Shown: positions 1 through 9,936 of the stretch, piece by piece | How positions within the stretch are numbered: the stretch's first letter is position 1 | How the letters are laid out: each line of letters begins with the position of its first letter | Assembly (NCBI GenBank): GCA_018304105.1 | Contig: JAGVWX010000020.1 | Location: forward strand, 27,111 to 91,110 | Reading direction: 5' to 3' | DNA length: 64,000 bases | From: Candidatus Pacearchaeota archaeon | Lineage (GTDB): Archaea; Nanobdellota; Nanobdellia; Pacearchaeales; GW2011-AR1 | The notes under the pieces: model-generated | Seen by the model: only the letters and a program-made list of their open reading frames with translations | The model's database searches: none | What the model was told of the DNA's origin: nothing | Position numbers and translations under genes: made by a program

Positions 1-1093
1 AAGCAACTCCGGGGCTTGCGCCCAAGCCGGAAAGCAGAACTTTTCCATGAACTTCGCTCTCTGCTTTCTTGAATATAGTCGTTATTGGCCTCGACTGAAC
101 AATATAAATTCCGGTTTTGTCTATCGCAAACTCAATATCCTGCGGCTTGTCATAGTGCTCTTCCAGCATTCTTGCATACTGCGCGAGCCTTTTCAATTCA
201 TAAGTATCTAAGACTTGTTTCTTCGCCCTTTCTTCTCTCAATTTGACAGTCTCGTTCTTTCCGTCCTCATTTCTTACTATCGCAATTTTCTTAATAGATA
301 TTTTTTCTTCCAGAATATTAAAATTATCAATGTCCTTGTCAATTACATAATGGTCCGGCTTTATCTGCCCGGAAACAATTCCTTCTCCAAGCCCCCAAAC
401 TGCTTCGATAACAATACTTCTGTCATCGCTCGTAGGATTTCTTGAAAACATAACCCCTGATTTCTCAGAGTCAACCATCTTCTGGACAACCACTGAAAGA
501 TAAGATTTCGAGTGATCAAATCCTTTCTTAGTTCTGTAATAAATCGCCCTCGCAGTAAAAAGAGAAGACATGCACTCTTTCACTTTTTCAAGAAGCTCGT
601 CCTTTCCTCGAACATTCAGGAATGTATCCTGCTGGCCGGCAAAACTTGCATCTGCTAAGTCTTCTGTCGTGGCCGACGACCTGACAGCCACAAACGGCTC
701 GTCGCTCTTGTCTAATATTTCTAGCGCACCCTCGTTTTTTTCTTCTCCAGCACCAAGTATCTCGTACGCTTCTACTATTTCTTCTTTCATCTCTTCCGGA
801 AGACTCGCTTCTTCGATTATCTGCCTTATTTTTTTTGACGCTTGGTTAAGCGCGGAGGTATCATCTATATTCAAATTTGAAAGAACTTTGTCAATCTCCT
901 TGTCTATTTTTGTTTCTTTAATAAAATAAGAATACGCTTGAGCAGTCACAACAAATCCCGGCGGAACCGGCACTTTTGCATTATACATCTCAGCAAGGCT
1001 CGCCCCTTTACCACCAGCTATAGAAACATCCTTTTTACTCAATTCAGAAAACCACTTAATAATATCTGGCTTGTTCACCCCAGTTTCTTTCAT
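1..1093 (-). CDS. ppsA: Phosphoenolpyruvate synthase, N-terminal part (runs off the window edge)
   Basis: Manual translation from ATG at 1093: MKETGVNKPDIIKWFSELSKKDVSIAGGKGASLAEM...VPVPPGF...VAVRSSATTEDLADASFAGQQ, the PEP synthase ATP-grasp motifs. Missing from the ORF track because it is truncated. Confidence 0.93.
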   Translation of the reverse strand, partial: MKETGVNKPDIIKWFSELSKKDVSIAGGKGASLAEMYNAKVPVPPGFVVTAQAYSYFIKETKIDKEIDKVLSNLNIDDTSALNQASKKIRQIIEEASLPEEMKEEIVEAYEILGAGEEKNEGALEILDKSDEPFVAVRSSATTEDLADASFAGQQDTFLNVRGKDELLEKVKECMSSLFTARAIYYRTKKGFDHSKSYLSVVVQKMVDSEKSGVMFSRNPTSDDRSIVIEAVWGLGEGIVSGQIKPDHYVIDKDIDNFNILEEKISIKKIAIVRNEDGKNETVKLREERAKKQVLDTYELKRLAQYARMLEEHYDKPQDIEFAIDKTGIYIVQSRPITTIFKKAESEVHGKVLLSGLGASPGVA

Positions 1094-1320
1094 AACAACG
1101 GATAACTAAATGAAGTTAATAAATATTCCTCTTAACGAATATTACTCACGACATATTCTGGTAATCATCACAATACTAACTAAACTTTTTAGAATTTACA
1201 ACATCATGCCCACAAACATTTTTCAAATCGCAGACCATGTAGAAAGAGTTTTATTATTAATCGTCGTTACAATATTAAATTAAGCTATTTTTGAATCTTT
1301 AGAATTGTATATCAATTAAT

Positions 1321-1863
1321 CTATTCCAGCTTCTCAAAAATAATTCTGTTTCTGAACGGTATTTTTGCTTTAACTTTTCTCAAGGCTTTTTTTGCGGCTT
1401 GGGCGCCCTTTTCAGTCACACATGAAATTTCAAAAACTTCTTTGCCCGCATTCACGATTGCCGCGCGCCCAACAGTGACTCCAAACGAGTGTTTCATTCC
1501 GTGAGATAATCTGTCCGCTCCGGCAGTTCCTCCGGCAGCTTTGTTTTCTCTTAGTATGTGATGAGGATAAGTCTTTATCACGAAGTAATATTCTCCCGGC
1601 GCGCTCAAGTCCATGGACTTATTGATAATCATTCTGCAAGCTTCAAGCGAGTTGTCCCTCATCTGGGCTTTTTCTTCCGCGACCAACTTCACAATATATT
1701 TGTGTTTTCCGTTTACGGCTCCCTGCTGGTCGCCCATGTTGTATTTTACAATTCTCAATGGTGGAACCGCTTTAATGTATGACCTGTTCTTCTTTGCAGA
1801 TTTTCTGGTGAACGGCCTGACTCTCTTCCTGCTGTATGCCGAAGCTTTTCTTAATGCTGCCAT
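1321..1863 (-). CDS. rpl10e: 50S ribosomal protein L10e (uL16)
   Basis: RDNSLEACR, YPHHILRENK, GADRLSHGMKHSFG motifs of archaeal L10e. Confidence 0.95.
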   Translation of the reverse strand: MAALRKASAYSRKRVRPFTRKSAKKNRSYIKAVPPLRIVKYNMGDQQGAVNGKHKYIVKLVAEEKAQMRDNSLEACRMIINKSMDLSAPGEYYFVIKTYPHHILRENKAAGGTAGADRLSHGMKHSFGVTVGRAAIVNAGKEVFEISCVTEKGAQAAKKALRKVKAKIPFRNRIIFEKLE

Positions 1864-2163
1864 TTAATTCCTGTTCCTCATTTCACAATAACGCATATTA
1901 GGAAGCGAACCATCTTCTAAACCTATTCTGCCAGAACTCAACGCCGCATCTGACCAGCCAACAGGATTTATTTTACGCAATTTTTCAATATATGCTTTTA
2001 CTTCTCTTCCGGTAACTCTTGGAACTACTAAATTATCTCTGAGACCTTCGCAAGGAGATTGTAAAAAATAGAATTGGTCTTGGGGTAATTCTTCCGGCGC
2101 AACAAGCCGATTTCCCCATTTTAATTTTATCCCCGATTGAGTTTGTGTCTGTGTGTCGCTCAT
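1864..2163 (-). CDS. Hypothetical protein inserted between L35Ae and L10e
   Basis: 99-aa ORF; ATGA overlap with the L35Ae stop, and its TAA abuts the L10e ATG. Confidence 0.65.
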   Translation of the reverse strand: MSDTQTQTQSGIKLKWGNRLVAPEELPQDQFYFLQSPCEGLRDNLVVPRVTGREVKAYIEKLRKINPVGWSDAALSSGRIGLEDGSLPNMRYCEMRNRN

Positions 2164-2447
2164 CTTTTCTTCTCCTTTGTTTTTTCTGCATAATCAAAAA
2201 CTTCAACTTCTGTCGTTACGGCTTGTCCAGGAAGGCCTTTCTCAAATATTGCACGAACAAGCCCTTTGTTTCCATGAGCATCACTTATCTTTCCATGAAT
2301 TTCTTTTCCTGCAGGAGACTTCCAAACCACTGTCTTGCCGGCTAGTTTCTTAGCTTCATCTCTGCTCTTCAAACCAAGATCTAGCAAGAAATGCTTTTCT
2401 TTAATGACTTTCTTTCCTCGTCTAAACTGTACAACTATTCCGTTCAT
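2160..2447 (-). CDS. rpl35ae: 50S ribosomal protein L35Ae (eL33)
   Basis: GKTVVWKSPAGKEIHGKISDAHGNKGLVRAIFEKGLPGQA. Confidence 0.93.
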   Translation of the reverse strand: MNGIVVQFRRGKKVIKEKHFLLDLGLKSRDEAKKLAGKTVVWKSPAGKEIHGKISDAHGNKGLVRAIFEKGLPGQAVTTEVEVFDYAEKTKEKKR

Positions 2448-2713
2448 TTGAATTGGTCTCCCGATTTAATTCGAATGAATGAAAATTCGCAATTTGCTTT
2501 CATGAAAGAGATTTACAATTCGGGGTTTTTAAAGTTTAGCCCTTCAAATATTAAAAACGTAAATAATGAATCGACAATAGAAACCTAATCACAAAACGGT
2601 TTGGGGTGGTGGTTACATAATTTTTGGGCGCGAGTGGGGAGCAGAAAATGTCAAGAGCAATTTTGTTAACGCCATTCACATCATAGTTAAATACTTTTTT
2701 AACACTAATAAAT

Positions 2714-2893
2714 ATGAAAATCAATAATAAAAGAGGCGTTAAGTTGTTCATGTGCGCTGGCTGCGGGAAAACTTTTAACTCAGACAGTTCTTCAAGAAAA
2801 GCCTTGTTAGAACATCAAGGAAACAATTACTGTGACGGCTATTTCATAATCGAGATGGTAAACCAGCGCGCCGAGAAAATCAGAAACCAATAG
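2714..2893 (+). CDS. Small zinc-finger-like protein (59 aa)
   Basis: Manual translation MKINNKRGVKLFMCAGCGKTFNS...LLEHQGNNYCDG; CxxC..H..C pattern; TTAAATA box about 25 nt upstream. Confidence 0.5.
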   Translation: MKINNKRGVKLFMCAGCGKTFNSDSSSRKALLEHQGNNYCDGYFIIEMVNQRAEKIRNQ

Positions 2894-4700
2894 TAAACTT
2901 TCCGTATTCTTTCTTCAATGCATCAACAATCTCTGAAGGTAAAGAGAATTGCGTTCTTTCTTTTGTCTCTTTCAGCGCTTTCTCAAGCGATGTTCTGTCG
3001 CTGTCAACAAATTTGTTTTCATTAAATCTTTTTATCTTTCCGTCTTGCGTCACGGCAAAAACTCCTTCATCCGTCGCCACAACCTCCGCCCAGCCTTTCT
3101 CAAAATTAATCTTTGCAACTCCCTTTTCCATAGAAACAAGTTCTTTCCTCTGTGAATACTCTGTTAAAACATTCACCAAATCTGAAGAATCTCTAGCATA
3201 TCTTTGCATCTCGCTTTGCGGAACTCCTTTTCCTTTGACTTTTAACTTCAGCTTAGAAATTTCTTTTGCAACATTCAGCATCCTTTCCGGCACTCTGCCT
3301 TTCTTCACCATATTGTCTTCAAAATCCGAAATCAACGCTTCCTGTCCTTTGTTTCCAAATATTTTCTTCATCAGGTCAAAAACTTCCTTGTTCAAACTCT
3401 CAGCTTGATGTTCCTGCATTCTCTTTTCCAAGCTAGCCCTCATTTCCTTCATCCTTTTAACATAATCCATTCCTTCCTTAAGCAATTCATCAACTTCATT
3501 TCCCGAAATCTCTTTCAACGTTCCGTGTTCATAATCTTTGTACGCCTTTACAACTTTCTCAAGAGTTTTCAGTTCTTTTTCAGTCATCAGTTTTTCTTTT
3601 TCAACTAAAATTTTCCTTACCTCTTGGACAATTGTCTTCGGAACAGGCGGAGCATGTCCTGCAAGCATCATCATCGCCTGCGTCGGAGTCACAACCCCAA
3701 AATAAACGTCAACCATATTGTCAAGCTGTCTTCTCTTCACGATATCAACTGTTCTGTCTCCTTCTTTCATGTAAAGGTCAATCGCTTCTGGCGACGGCTT
3801 AATCTTTCCCATCTGCAAAAGTCTCTTCCACGGAATGAAAGTTCCCCTGTCATAAAGCGGAATTCCGTCCCTTATGAAAGTAAACATAATCGGCTGTGCG
3901 TCCTTAACGCTCTGCCAGAAATCCGTAAGCAAATAAACCTGCACGTTAAGTATATTTTTCACACCAGCCAACGCGCTAGCTTCTTTGACATATTCATAAA
4001 CAATTTTTCCTCTTAACTTTTCTAACAACTCAACTCTTGACATCCTCTTAACGTCAGTGTCGTCAATAATTATAAAAGTGTCAATATCTGAGTTCTCATC
4101 TGCAGTTCCTCTGACAAGAGACCCGCCAATTGCATAAGTAGCAACATATCTTATCCTTCCAACATTCAGCCAGTTCAAAACCAAATTCTTGTGGATGGAT
4201 GCAACTCTCAACGCTCCCAAAAATCCCTTGTCATAAAGTGGAAAACTTGCCCCAACAGCATCGATAAACTCGAACTTGCTGTCCAATCCGTAATTCCACA
4301 TATCCACTTCCGCAGTTTTGATGTGCACCCAAAGTTTTTCTCCAGAAGTCTTTGCAATTTCAATCACATCTTTCTTTATATTATTCAACTCTTTGTATTG
4401 TTCTTCGGGCATAATCATAATCAGATGCAATGGTTTTTTGTCAATCTCTTCTTTTGGCAGGCCTTCGTCTTCCTCAAACATCGGGTTTGCATTCGGCGGT
4501 AAAATCCCAAGAGAAATTATGAACGGAAATTTCTTCAGCATCTTTTTTTTAAAATCTTCAAGCTTCTTCTTCAATTTCTCGTAATCAATTTGCTGAGGCA
4601 TTCCTGCAGACATTCCCATAGGCAATCCCGGCGCAACATTCGGCCTGTATTTGTTCGAAGAAGATAAACTATCTGCCAAGTTTTCTGGTTTTTTTTCCAT
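2880..4700 (-). CDS. Pol-beta-type nucleotidyltransferase domain protein with HEPN-like helical C-terminal region
   Basis: GGSLVRG..DENSDIDTFIIIDD NTase signature; 606 aa. Confidence 0.75.
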   Translation of the reverse strand: MEKKPENLADSLSSSNKYRPNVAPGLPMGMSAGMPQQIDYEKLKKKLEDFKKKMLKKFPFIISLGILPPNANPMFEEDEGLPKEEIDKKPLHLIMIMPEEQYKELNNIKKDVIEIAKTSGEKLWVHIKTAEVDMWNYGLDSKFEFIDAVGASFPLYDKGFLGALRVASIHKNLVLNWLNVGRIRYVATYAIGGSLVRGTADENSDIDTFIIIDDTDVKRMSRVELLEKLRGKIVYEYVKEASALAGVKNILNVQVYLLTDFWQSVKDAQPIMFTFIRDGIPLYDRGTFIPWKRLLQMGKIKPSPEAIDLYMKEGDRTVDIVKRRQLDNMVDVYFGVVTPTQAMMMLAGHAPPVPKTIVQEVRKILVEKEKLMTEKELKTLEKVVKAYKDYEHGTLKEISGNEVDELLKEGMDYVKRMKEMRASLEKRMQEHQAESLNKEVFDLMKKIFGNKGQEALISDFEDNMVKKGRVPERMLNVAKEISKLKLKVKGKGVPQSEMQRYARDSSDLVNVLTEYSQRKELVSMEKGVAKINFEKGWAEVVATDEGVFAVTQDGKIKRFNENKFVDSDRTSLEKALKETKERTQFSLPSEIVDALKKEYGKFTIGF

Positions 4701-4736
4701 GTTTAAAAAAATTACAGTTGGTATTTAAAGGTATGG

Positions 4737-5126
4737 TTAAAAAGTTCGTGCAGCAGGAATCGTTTCTTTGTCATCGGTTTCAGTTTCATAAGCCTGCGAC
4801 TTATGGCCGTTTTCTCTCAGCAGGGCAGCAATTCGCAAATTTTCTTGATGCATTCTAACAAAAACTCCTCCATCCTGACTCGCATCCAAAATTCTATCTG
4901 AAGTGACGCTAATTACAGAATGGGGAAAATTTCCCACATAATCCTGACTTTCTCTAAATTTTTTTTGATATTCCTCAACCTGATGTCTCTGTGGATTCTC
5001 GATCTCAATAAGGAATTCTCCGCGGTTCAGAATACCTTTTATTTTAGTCGTCCTATATCCTGCTTGTTCAGCTATATTTTTTGCTTCTGATGCTCTTGCC
5101 TTGCTCATGACCTCGCAAATCTTCAT
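4737..5126 (-). CDS. Hypothetical protein
   Basis: 129-aa ORF with TTTAAATA box upstream. Confidence 0.6.
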   Translation of the reverse strand: MKICEVMSKARASEAKNIAEQAGYRTTKIKGILNRGEFLIEIENPQRHQVEEYQKKFRESQDYVGNFPHSVISVTSDRILDASQDGGVFVRMHQENLRIAALLRENGHKSQAYETETDDKETIPAARTF

Positions 5127-5209
5127 AAAATCGTTCTGAACTCTTCCTATTTAAACTTTCACAATTCTCCTATAAGCAACTTTATAAAATCCTTTCATCT
5201 GTAATTCAA

Positions 5210-5743
5210 ATGAATGCAAAGAGGACTGAAAGAAAGTACTTGCCAGAGTTTGTTTACGGCGCAACCGATGGCACGGTAACAACATTCGCTGTTGTTGCTG
5301 GCGCAATGGGGGCTTCTTTTTCGCCGGTTATTGCGCTGATTCTTGGATTTGCAAACCTCTTTGCAGACGGCTTCTCAATGGCAATTTCAAATTATCTTTC
5401 GTCAAAATCTCATCTCGAACTTCATAAAAAGAATGACAGCAAATGCGAAGAGCACAAAAGTCCAAAAAGAACTGCGCTTGTCACATTCGCAGCGTTTATT
5501 CTAATCGGTTTCATACCGTTGCTCCCATTCTTTGTTGGAATTTTCTCACCCGCAATAGAAGTTTACCAATTCAAAATTTCTATAGCTCTTACCGCAGCAG
5601 CATTCCTGCTCATCGGCGCAGCAAAAGGAAAAGTCGTCGGCAAAAGGTCAGTTCATTCCGCAATCGAAACGCTTGTCATCGGAGGCACCGCAGCAATTCT
5701 CGCTTACTTAGTTGGCTATTTCCTGCAAGGTTTAGTAGCATAG
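5210..5743 (+). CDS. VIT1/CCC1 family iron/manganese transporter
   Basis: VYGATDGTVTTFAVVAG...ANLFADGFSMAISNYLS. Confidence 0.9.
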   Translation: MNAKRTERKYLPEFVYGATDGTVTTFAVVAGAMGASFSPVIALILGFANLFADGFSMAISNYLSSKSHLELHKKNDSKCEEHKSPKRTALVTFAAFILIGFIPLLPFFVGIFSPAIEVYQFKISIALTAAAFLLIGAAKGKVVGKRSVHSAIETLVIGGTAAILAYLVGYFLQGLVA

Positions 5744-5777
5744 AAATCGTTAAATACTCAGCATTCTCGGGTTTTTT

Positions 5778-6227
5778 ATGGTACATTTGCACTTTGAAAA
5801 TAATCCTTGGAGATGGCCAAGCATATACGCAGCGGCAGTCGTACAAAGATTAAAATTTGCAGATCCAAAAAGCCAATACTCACATAGGGATCTAGGCCCA
5901 TTAAATATGTTTGATGAGCCAGCCACAGTTGGCGAAGGCGTATTTAGAAGAGGATGGTTTGGTTGGCAAAGACAAGTCGCAGTTATAAGGCATTGGACAG
6001 ATTATTCCAGCAACGGTCCGGGAAACATAACAATAGATTCAACATTGGATAGATTGCTTCCAGAAACAGAATTACGGAGAATTATTGAAAGTGTGAAAGC
6101 CCACGAGGAGCCGCAGCAAACAGCAGGATGTGATATTTCTTTATACCTAGGTCCAGAATTTTTATACAATAACGGAGGTAAAAATGACAAACGAACAAAC
6201 AAGAATAGTAAGAGCAGACCTGCATAA
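5778..6227 (+). CDS. Hypothetical protein
   Basis: 149-aa ORF with TATA upstream, overlaps the next gene. Confidence 0.55.
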   Translation: MVHLHFENNPWRWPSIYAAAVVQRLKFADPKSQYSHRDLGPLNMFDEPATVGEGVFRRGWFGWQRQVAVIRHWTDYSSNGPGNITIDSTLDRLLPETELRRIIESVKAHEEPQQTAGCDISLYLGPEFLYNNGGKNDKRTNKNSKSRPA

Positions 6228-7107
6228 TCATCTTAGAACAAGCAGCTATTGGCGCAGGGGCGATTTTAACAGAGCGGTCGACGTTGCACAAAGAAGATTA
6301 GGCGCAGGCGGAATCACTGGTTTGATAAATTTTTCTGATAAAAGATTCGAGACTTTTGCTGAGTTGCCCGGCTATGAAAGAACTTTTGTAGGCGAGAGCC
6401 AAAACGCAATATACGTTCCGCAAAAGGATATCTTAATCGCAAAAGGCCAGGAAATTCCAACTCAACAAGGTCACTTGCTAGTTTTAGGTTTACCAAAAGA
6501 TGTTCATCTAAAAGACTGGGGAGATTTAGAAAATACAATGAAAGAAGCAAGAAAAAATGGCGGCTCAAACGTCGCAGACCATTTATTTTCAAGAAGCGGA
6601 ATCGGACCACACATTCAGGAAAAACTAGAGTTATTTGAACAACTAGACGCAATAGAAGTTTTCAACGGTGAAGCAGACCTTTGGTTTCCTGGTCTAATGC
6701 CAAGAAATGCAAATCCAAAAGCCTTAAGATTTTATCAAGGCTATAATCCTTCAGGAGTCGGAGCATTAACAACTGGAGATGGACATTCGTTTGACGAAGT
6801 GGGAAGATGCTGGACTGCACTTGACGCACAAAGAAATTATGAAAGATTTGATACAAAAAGATTCAGGCAAGCAGTTAAATCAGCTCCAGCTTCCCCGGAA
6901 TATTCGATGCAAAGTTATCATAAACTTGACGGATACCCAGCGTTTGGTCCGGTTTCAGTAAGGCAAAGAAGAAATCCCCTAAAGCTGGAAGCATTAACGC
7001 ACATTGCGCTTCTTGGTGCATTAGTATGCGGAGCAAAGATTTCCCAGCCAGTTAGAAGTCTAGTCGGAATCGAAAAATACTACGACATTCCGCGCCCAGT
7101 AACTTAA
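6184..7107 (+). CDS. PHP-domain phosphoesterase-like protein
   Basis: DLHNH, GQE..T.QGHLL, DAIEVFN, GDGH motifs. Confidence 0.8.
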   Translation: MTNEQTRIVRADLHNHLRTSSYWRRGDFNRAVDVAQRRLGAGGITGLINFSDKRFETFAELPGYERTFVGESQNAIYVPQKDILIAKGQEIPTQQGHLLVLGLPKDVHLKDWGDLENTMKEARKNGGSNVADHLFSRSGIGPHIQEKLELFEQLDAIEVFNGEADLWFPGLMPRNANPKALRFYQGYNPSGVGALTTGDGHSFDEVGRCWTALDAQRNYERFDTKRFRQAVKSAPASPEYSMQSYHKLDGYPAFGPVSVRQRRNPLKLEALTHIALLGALVCGAKISQPVRSLVGIEKYYDIPRPVT

Positions 7108-7143
7108 GGCAATAATTAAAAACTCCTTTTCTTTAACTTATCA

Positions 7144-7698
7144 ATGCCTTACGCAGTAGCTCACATTCTTGTTCCGATAATTCTCGTAGCATTATTCAGA
7201 GATTTTTATCTCAAAAGCAGAGACAGAAAAGAATTTCCTCTTCACTATGTTCTTTTAGCCGGTCTCGGCGGCGTTCTTCCGGACATAGACTTGCCCATCT
7301 CTGTCGTTCTAAATTTTCTCGGCTTCGCAAGCTGGAACGTCCATAAAACATTTACGCATTCGTTACTCTTTCCCGTAATTTTCTTATTATTATTTTTAGT
7401 TCTTCTGCCAGTTCATAAGAAAGCAAGAATCTGCAATCTAACAAGACACAAACTGAAGCTCAGCATAATCTTTCTCATAGTTGCCATAGGAAGCCTCATT
7501 CACATCTTCCTTGATGCACTCGTAGGAGGCCAAGCATTTTTCTTTTATCCATTTTCTATACACGATTACGGTCTTTACTTAACAGAATACCTTCCTAAAG
7601 AACTTCAAGCACTCTCGCTCCCCTTGCTCGACGGAATTTTTCTCGTAATTTGGATTGCTTATTTGGAAGTAAAACATAAAATCTCAGACTTTATTTAA
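7144..7698 (+). CDS. Membrane-bound metal-dependent hydrolase (YdjM-like)
   Basis: N-terminal H, LPDID, HKTFTHS, HIFLD motifs; hydrophobic. Confidence 0.85.
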   Translation: MPYAVAHILVPIILVALFRDFYLKSRDRKEFPLHYVLLAGLGGVLPDIDLPISVVLNFLGFASWNVHKTFTHSLLFPVIFLLLFLVLLPVHKKARICNLTRHKLKLSIIFLIVAIGSLIHIFLDALVGGQAFFFYPFSIHDYGLYLTEYLPKELQALSLPLLDGIFLVIWIAYLEVKHKISDFI

Positions 7699-8049
7699 AC
7701 TTCTAGTTCTAAAAAACAACTTGCTGTATTCTCTGCAAAATTCAGAAGAAATCCCAGAACGAGGAAGCTCATTAATTTCGCAATATCTGTCTCTTACTGC
7801 AGCGATTCCTCTTTCAGAATGTTCGCATCTCGCCTGTTCAAGTCCGTTGTCGCTTGCAACAGGGTGACTGCAAGTACAATATCTTTGATACACTTCTAAA
7901 TCTTCGGCAGAATAAACTCCCCTTTCTCTATCACCAAATTCCAAGCGATACCTTTTTTTACCTGCTTTAGTAACCCTTGCAACCTGTCCAAATCGCCTGC
8001 TTTCTTTAGAAACAACAATTGCTATTAAATTTCCTAAATTTGATGTCAC
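7684..8049 (-). CDS. Hypothetical protein
   Basis: 121-aa ORF, GTG start. Confidence 0.5.
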   Translation of the reverse strand: MTSNLGNLIAIVVSKESRRFGQVARVTKAGKKRYRLEFGDRERGVYSAEDLEVYQRYCTCSHPVASDNGLEQARCEHSERGIAAVRDRYCEINELPRSGISSEFCREYSKLFFRTRSLNKV

Positions 8050-8090
8050 CTAAATAAAAAATGTCTGGGTTTATATCTATTTGTATAATT

Positions 8091-8342
8091 CTATTCCACT
8101 GACTCTCTTCCATCAAAATAAACACATCTTTGGTAATTATTGCTTAAACACCACAACTGAAGCGAAGCGCAATCGCACACATCTCTCCTACTTTCTGATA
8201 TTTTCCCTCTATGAATGTTTTTCCCGCAATAAGGGCCGGTCTCGTCTCTTCTGATATGCTGACACTTTATCTGCTTTTCAGAATCCCTAAACAGTTCATC
8301 AATTAAACTCTCTGCAGGACTAATTGAGCGCACCATACTCAA
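8091..8342 (-). CDS. Cys-rich hypothetical protein
   Basis: 83 aa with six Cys; ATGA overlap with the upstream gene. Confidence 0.6.
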   Translation of the reverse strand: MSMVRSISPAESLIDELFRDSEKQIKCQHIRRDETGPYCGKNIHRGKISESRRDVCDCASLQLWCLSNNYQRCVYFDGRESVE

Positions 8343-8533
8343 ACTCCAAGAAATTTAAGCAGTTCATAAACCAGAAACGCCGGCCAAACAAGTGCTTTCA
8401 AAATTCCCAGAACGCCCATCCAAAAACCTGTAGCATTTGAAACATAATATATCGCCGCCCCAACAAAGCCTAGACCGTAAGCTGCTCCGCCCCCATGACT
8501 GCATCCATGATGTTTCCACTCTTTCTTTGCCAT
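8339..8533 (-). CDS. Small membrane protein
   Basis: GAAYGLGFVGAAIYY...GILKALVWPAFLVY; two hydrophobic segments. Confidence 0.75.
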   Translation of the reverse strand: MAKKEWKHHGCSHGGGAAYGLGFVGAAIYYVSNATGFWMGVLGILKALVWPAFLVYELLKFLGV

Positions 8534-8582
8534 TGTTCCAAGATGTTTTTCGAATTTATATATTTTTCTAGAAACAATAAAA

Positions 8583-8653
8583 TGACCGCACCAAGAATCG
8601 GACTTGGGTTTCCTCGACGTGAACGAGGCGTTCTACCATTGGACTATGCGGTC
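8583..8653 (-). tRNA. tRNA-Val(CAC)
   Basis: Cloverleaf GACCGCA/TGCGGTC+A, anticodon arm CCTCG-TTCACGT-CGAGG; T-loop TCCGATT; no CCA. Confidence 0.85.
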
Positions 8654-8732
8654 TCAATCAAACTAATTCCTCAAGTTTATAAGGATTTTTGATAACCGCA
8701 ATATTTTTTAACTCAGAATTTTCAGTCCTATT

Positions 8733-9161
8733 ATGGAACGTTTGTATACAAGAAACAAAGCAAATCGCGCCACGAAAAAAGTCGAATTCGTTTGTGATCT
8801 CGCCCTGCAAGTGTTCGAATCAATTGGTCTTGATCGGACTGTCTTGGGAAAGGCTGCATCAAAGCCATTCGATCCCGGTTCGCCGAGATTTCAACCCGAT
8901 GAAATGTTCTATTTCCGCTTTGACGATAGCCGCCGCATGCATCTCGCTACTGCCACTTACGTGGGCCAGAACGGTACAGGACAAGACGAACTTACTTTTG
9001 ATTTTGAACCAGTACTTGGAGACCCAAGAACATTAGAAAGATGCCGAACAGAATTAAATCACGTGGTCATTACAGATATGGCTGGTCGGGCCGTCATGCA
9101 CCTTGATGGCACTCCTGCTAGCGGCAATTATGGAGTCCCTGGAACCTTTGCCAGAAGGTGA
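8733..9161 (+). CDS. Hypothetical protein
   Basis: 142-aa ORF with TATA-like box upstream. Confidence 0.55.
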   Translation: MERLYTRNKANRATKKVEFVCDLALQVFESIGLDRTVLGKAASKPFDPGSPRFQPDEMFYFRFDDSRRMHLATATYVGQNGTGQDELTFDFEPVLGDPRTLERCRTELNHVVITDMAGRAVMHLDGTPASGNYGVPGTFARR

Positions 9162-9182
9162 ATAGTTAAATAATGGCTCTGG

Positions 9183-9219
9183 GCAGAATCGAACTGCGGT
9201 ATGCTCGGTGTAAACGAGC
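9183..9219 (-). repeat. 37-bp exact copy of the tRNA-Val(TAC) anticodon arm to T arm (att-like)
   Basis: gcagaatcgaactgcggtatgctcggtgtaaacgagc is identical to 10218-10254. Confidence 0.9.
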
Positions 9220-9294
9220 GTATACTATTTTTTACTATAAAATTAAGAACCTTTTACCTTGCCATAGGTTTACTCTAAATATTAAAAGAACCAG

Positions 9295-9744
9295 CTATTC
9301 CAAAGAACCAGCTCTTCCATGATGCCTAAATTCTTCTGTATCTCTCTCAATTTTCCCGTCTTTGCCAACTCTAGTTGCTTCAAGCCTATATATCGAAGAA
9401 TGTAAGTCCCTTCCTTCCTTATATGGAGCTTCACTAACCTGATATTCCCACTTTTCTCCTAAAGTATCGTTTGATCTATAATTTTCTACCCATCCTTCAA
9501 ATAAATAGTTTCCGGGCTGATTAATTTCAAAATCTAGTTTAACTGCTCGAATCAAATTATCCCACATACTTCTTTGAGTTGTTTCTGTTCTAGTGATCTT
9601 TACGCTATCGTTAAATAATTCATGATAAGTAACATGGTCTTCAGGCGGATTTTTTCCACAAAGAATTAAGGATAGACCTGATGCGGTAGCTACAGTAACT
9701 AATGCTCCTTTTCCAAACCATTGTAAAAATTTTCTTCTGTCCAT
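9295..9744 (-). CDS. Putative twin-arginine-signal secreted/lipoprotein
   Basis: Likely start MDRRKFLQWFG, then a hydrophobic stretch ending ILCG. Confidence 0.6.
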   Translation of the reverse strand: MDRRKFLQWFGKGALVTVATASGLSLILCGKNPPEDHVTYHELFNDSVKITRTETTQRSMWDNLIRAVKLDFEINQPGNYLFEGWVENYRSNDTLGEKWEYQVSEAPYKEGRDLHSSIYRLEATRVGKDGKIERDTEEFRHHGRAGSLE

Positions 9745-9936
9745 TTTATTAGTAGAATTCTGAGGCGATTCCTTGCCCTCACCTCTTAAATACAACAAAT
9801 AATGGGTTTTTAATACTTTCTAATCACCAAAGTTTTTAACAAATAAGCTATGATAAAAAGTTATTAAAAGCTTGGTAAAAAAACATATCTACTTTGTGCA
9901 AACAAATAGACCAAAAAGGTTACCTTTTCTAACGAA

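Noticed and set aside
9174..9219. Split or permuted tRNA half
   Set aside because: Exact copy of part of an intact tRNA with a degenerate acceptor strand and no complementary leader; better explained as an att-like duplicate
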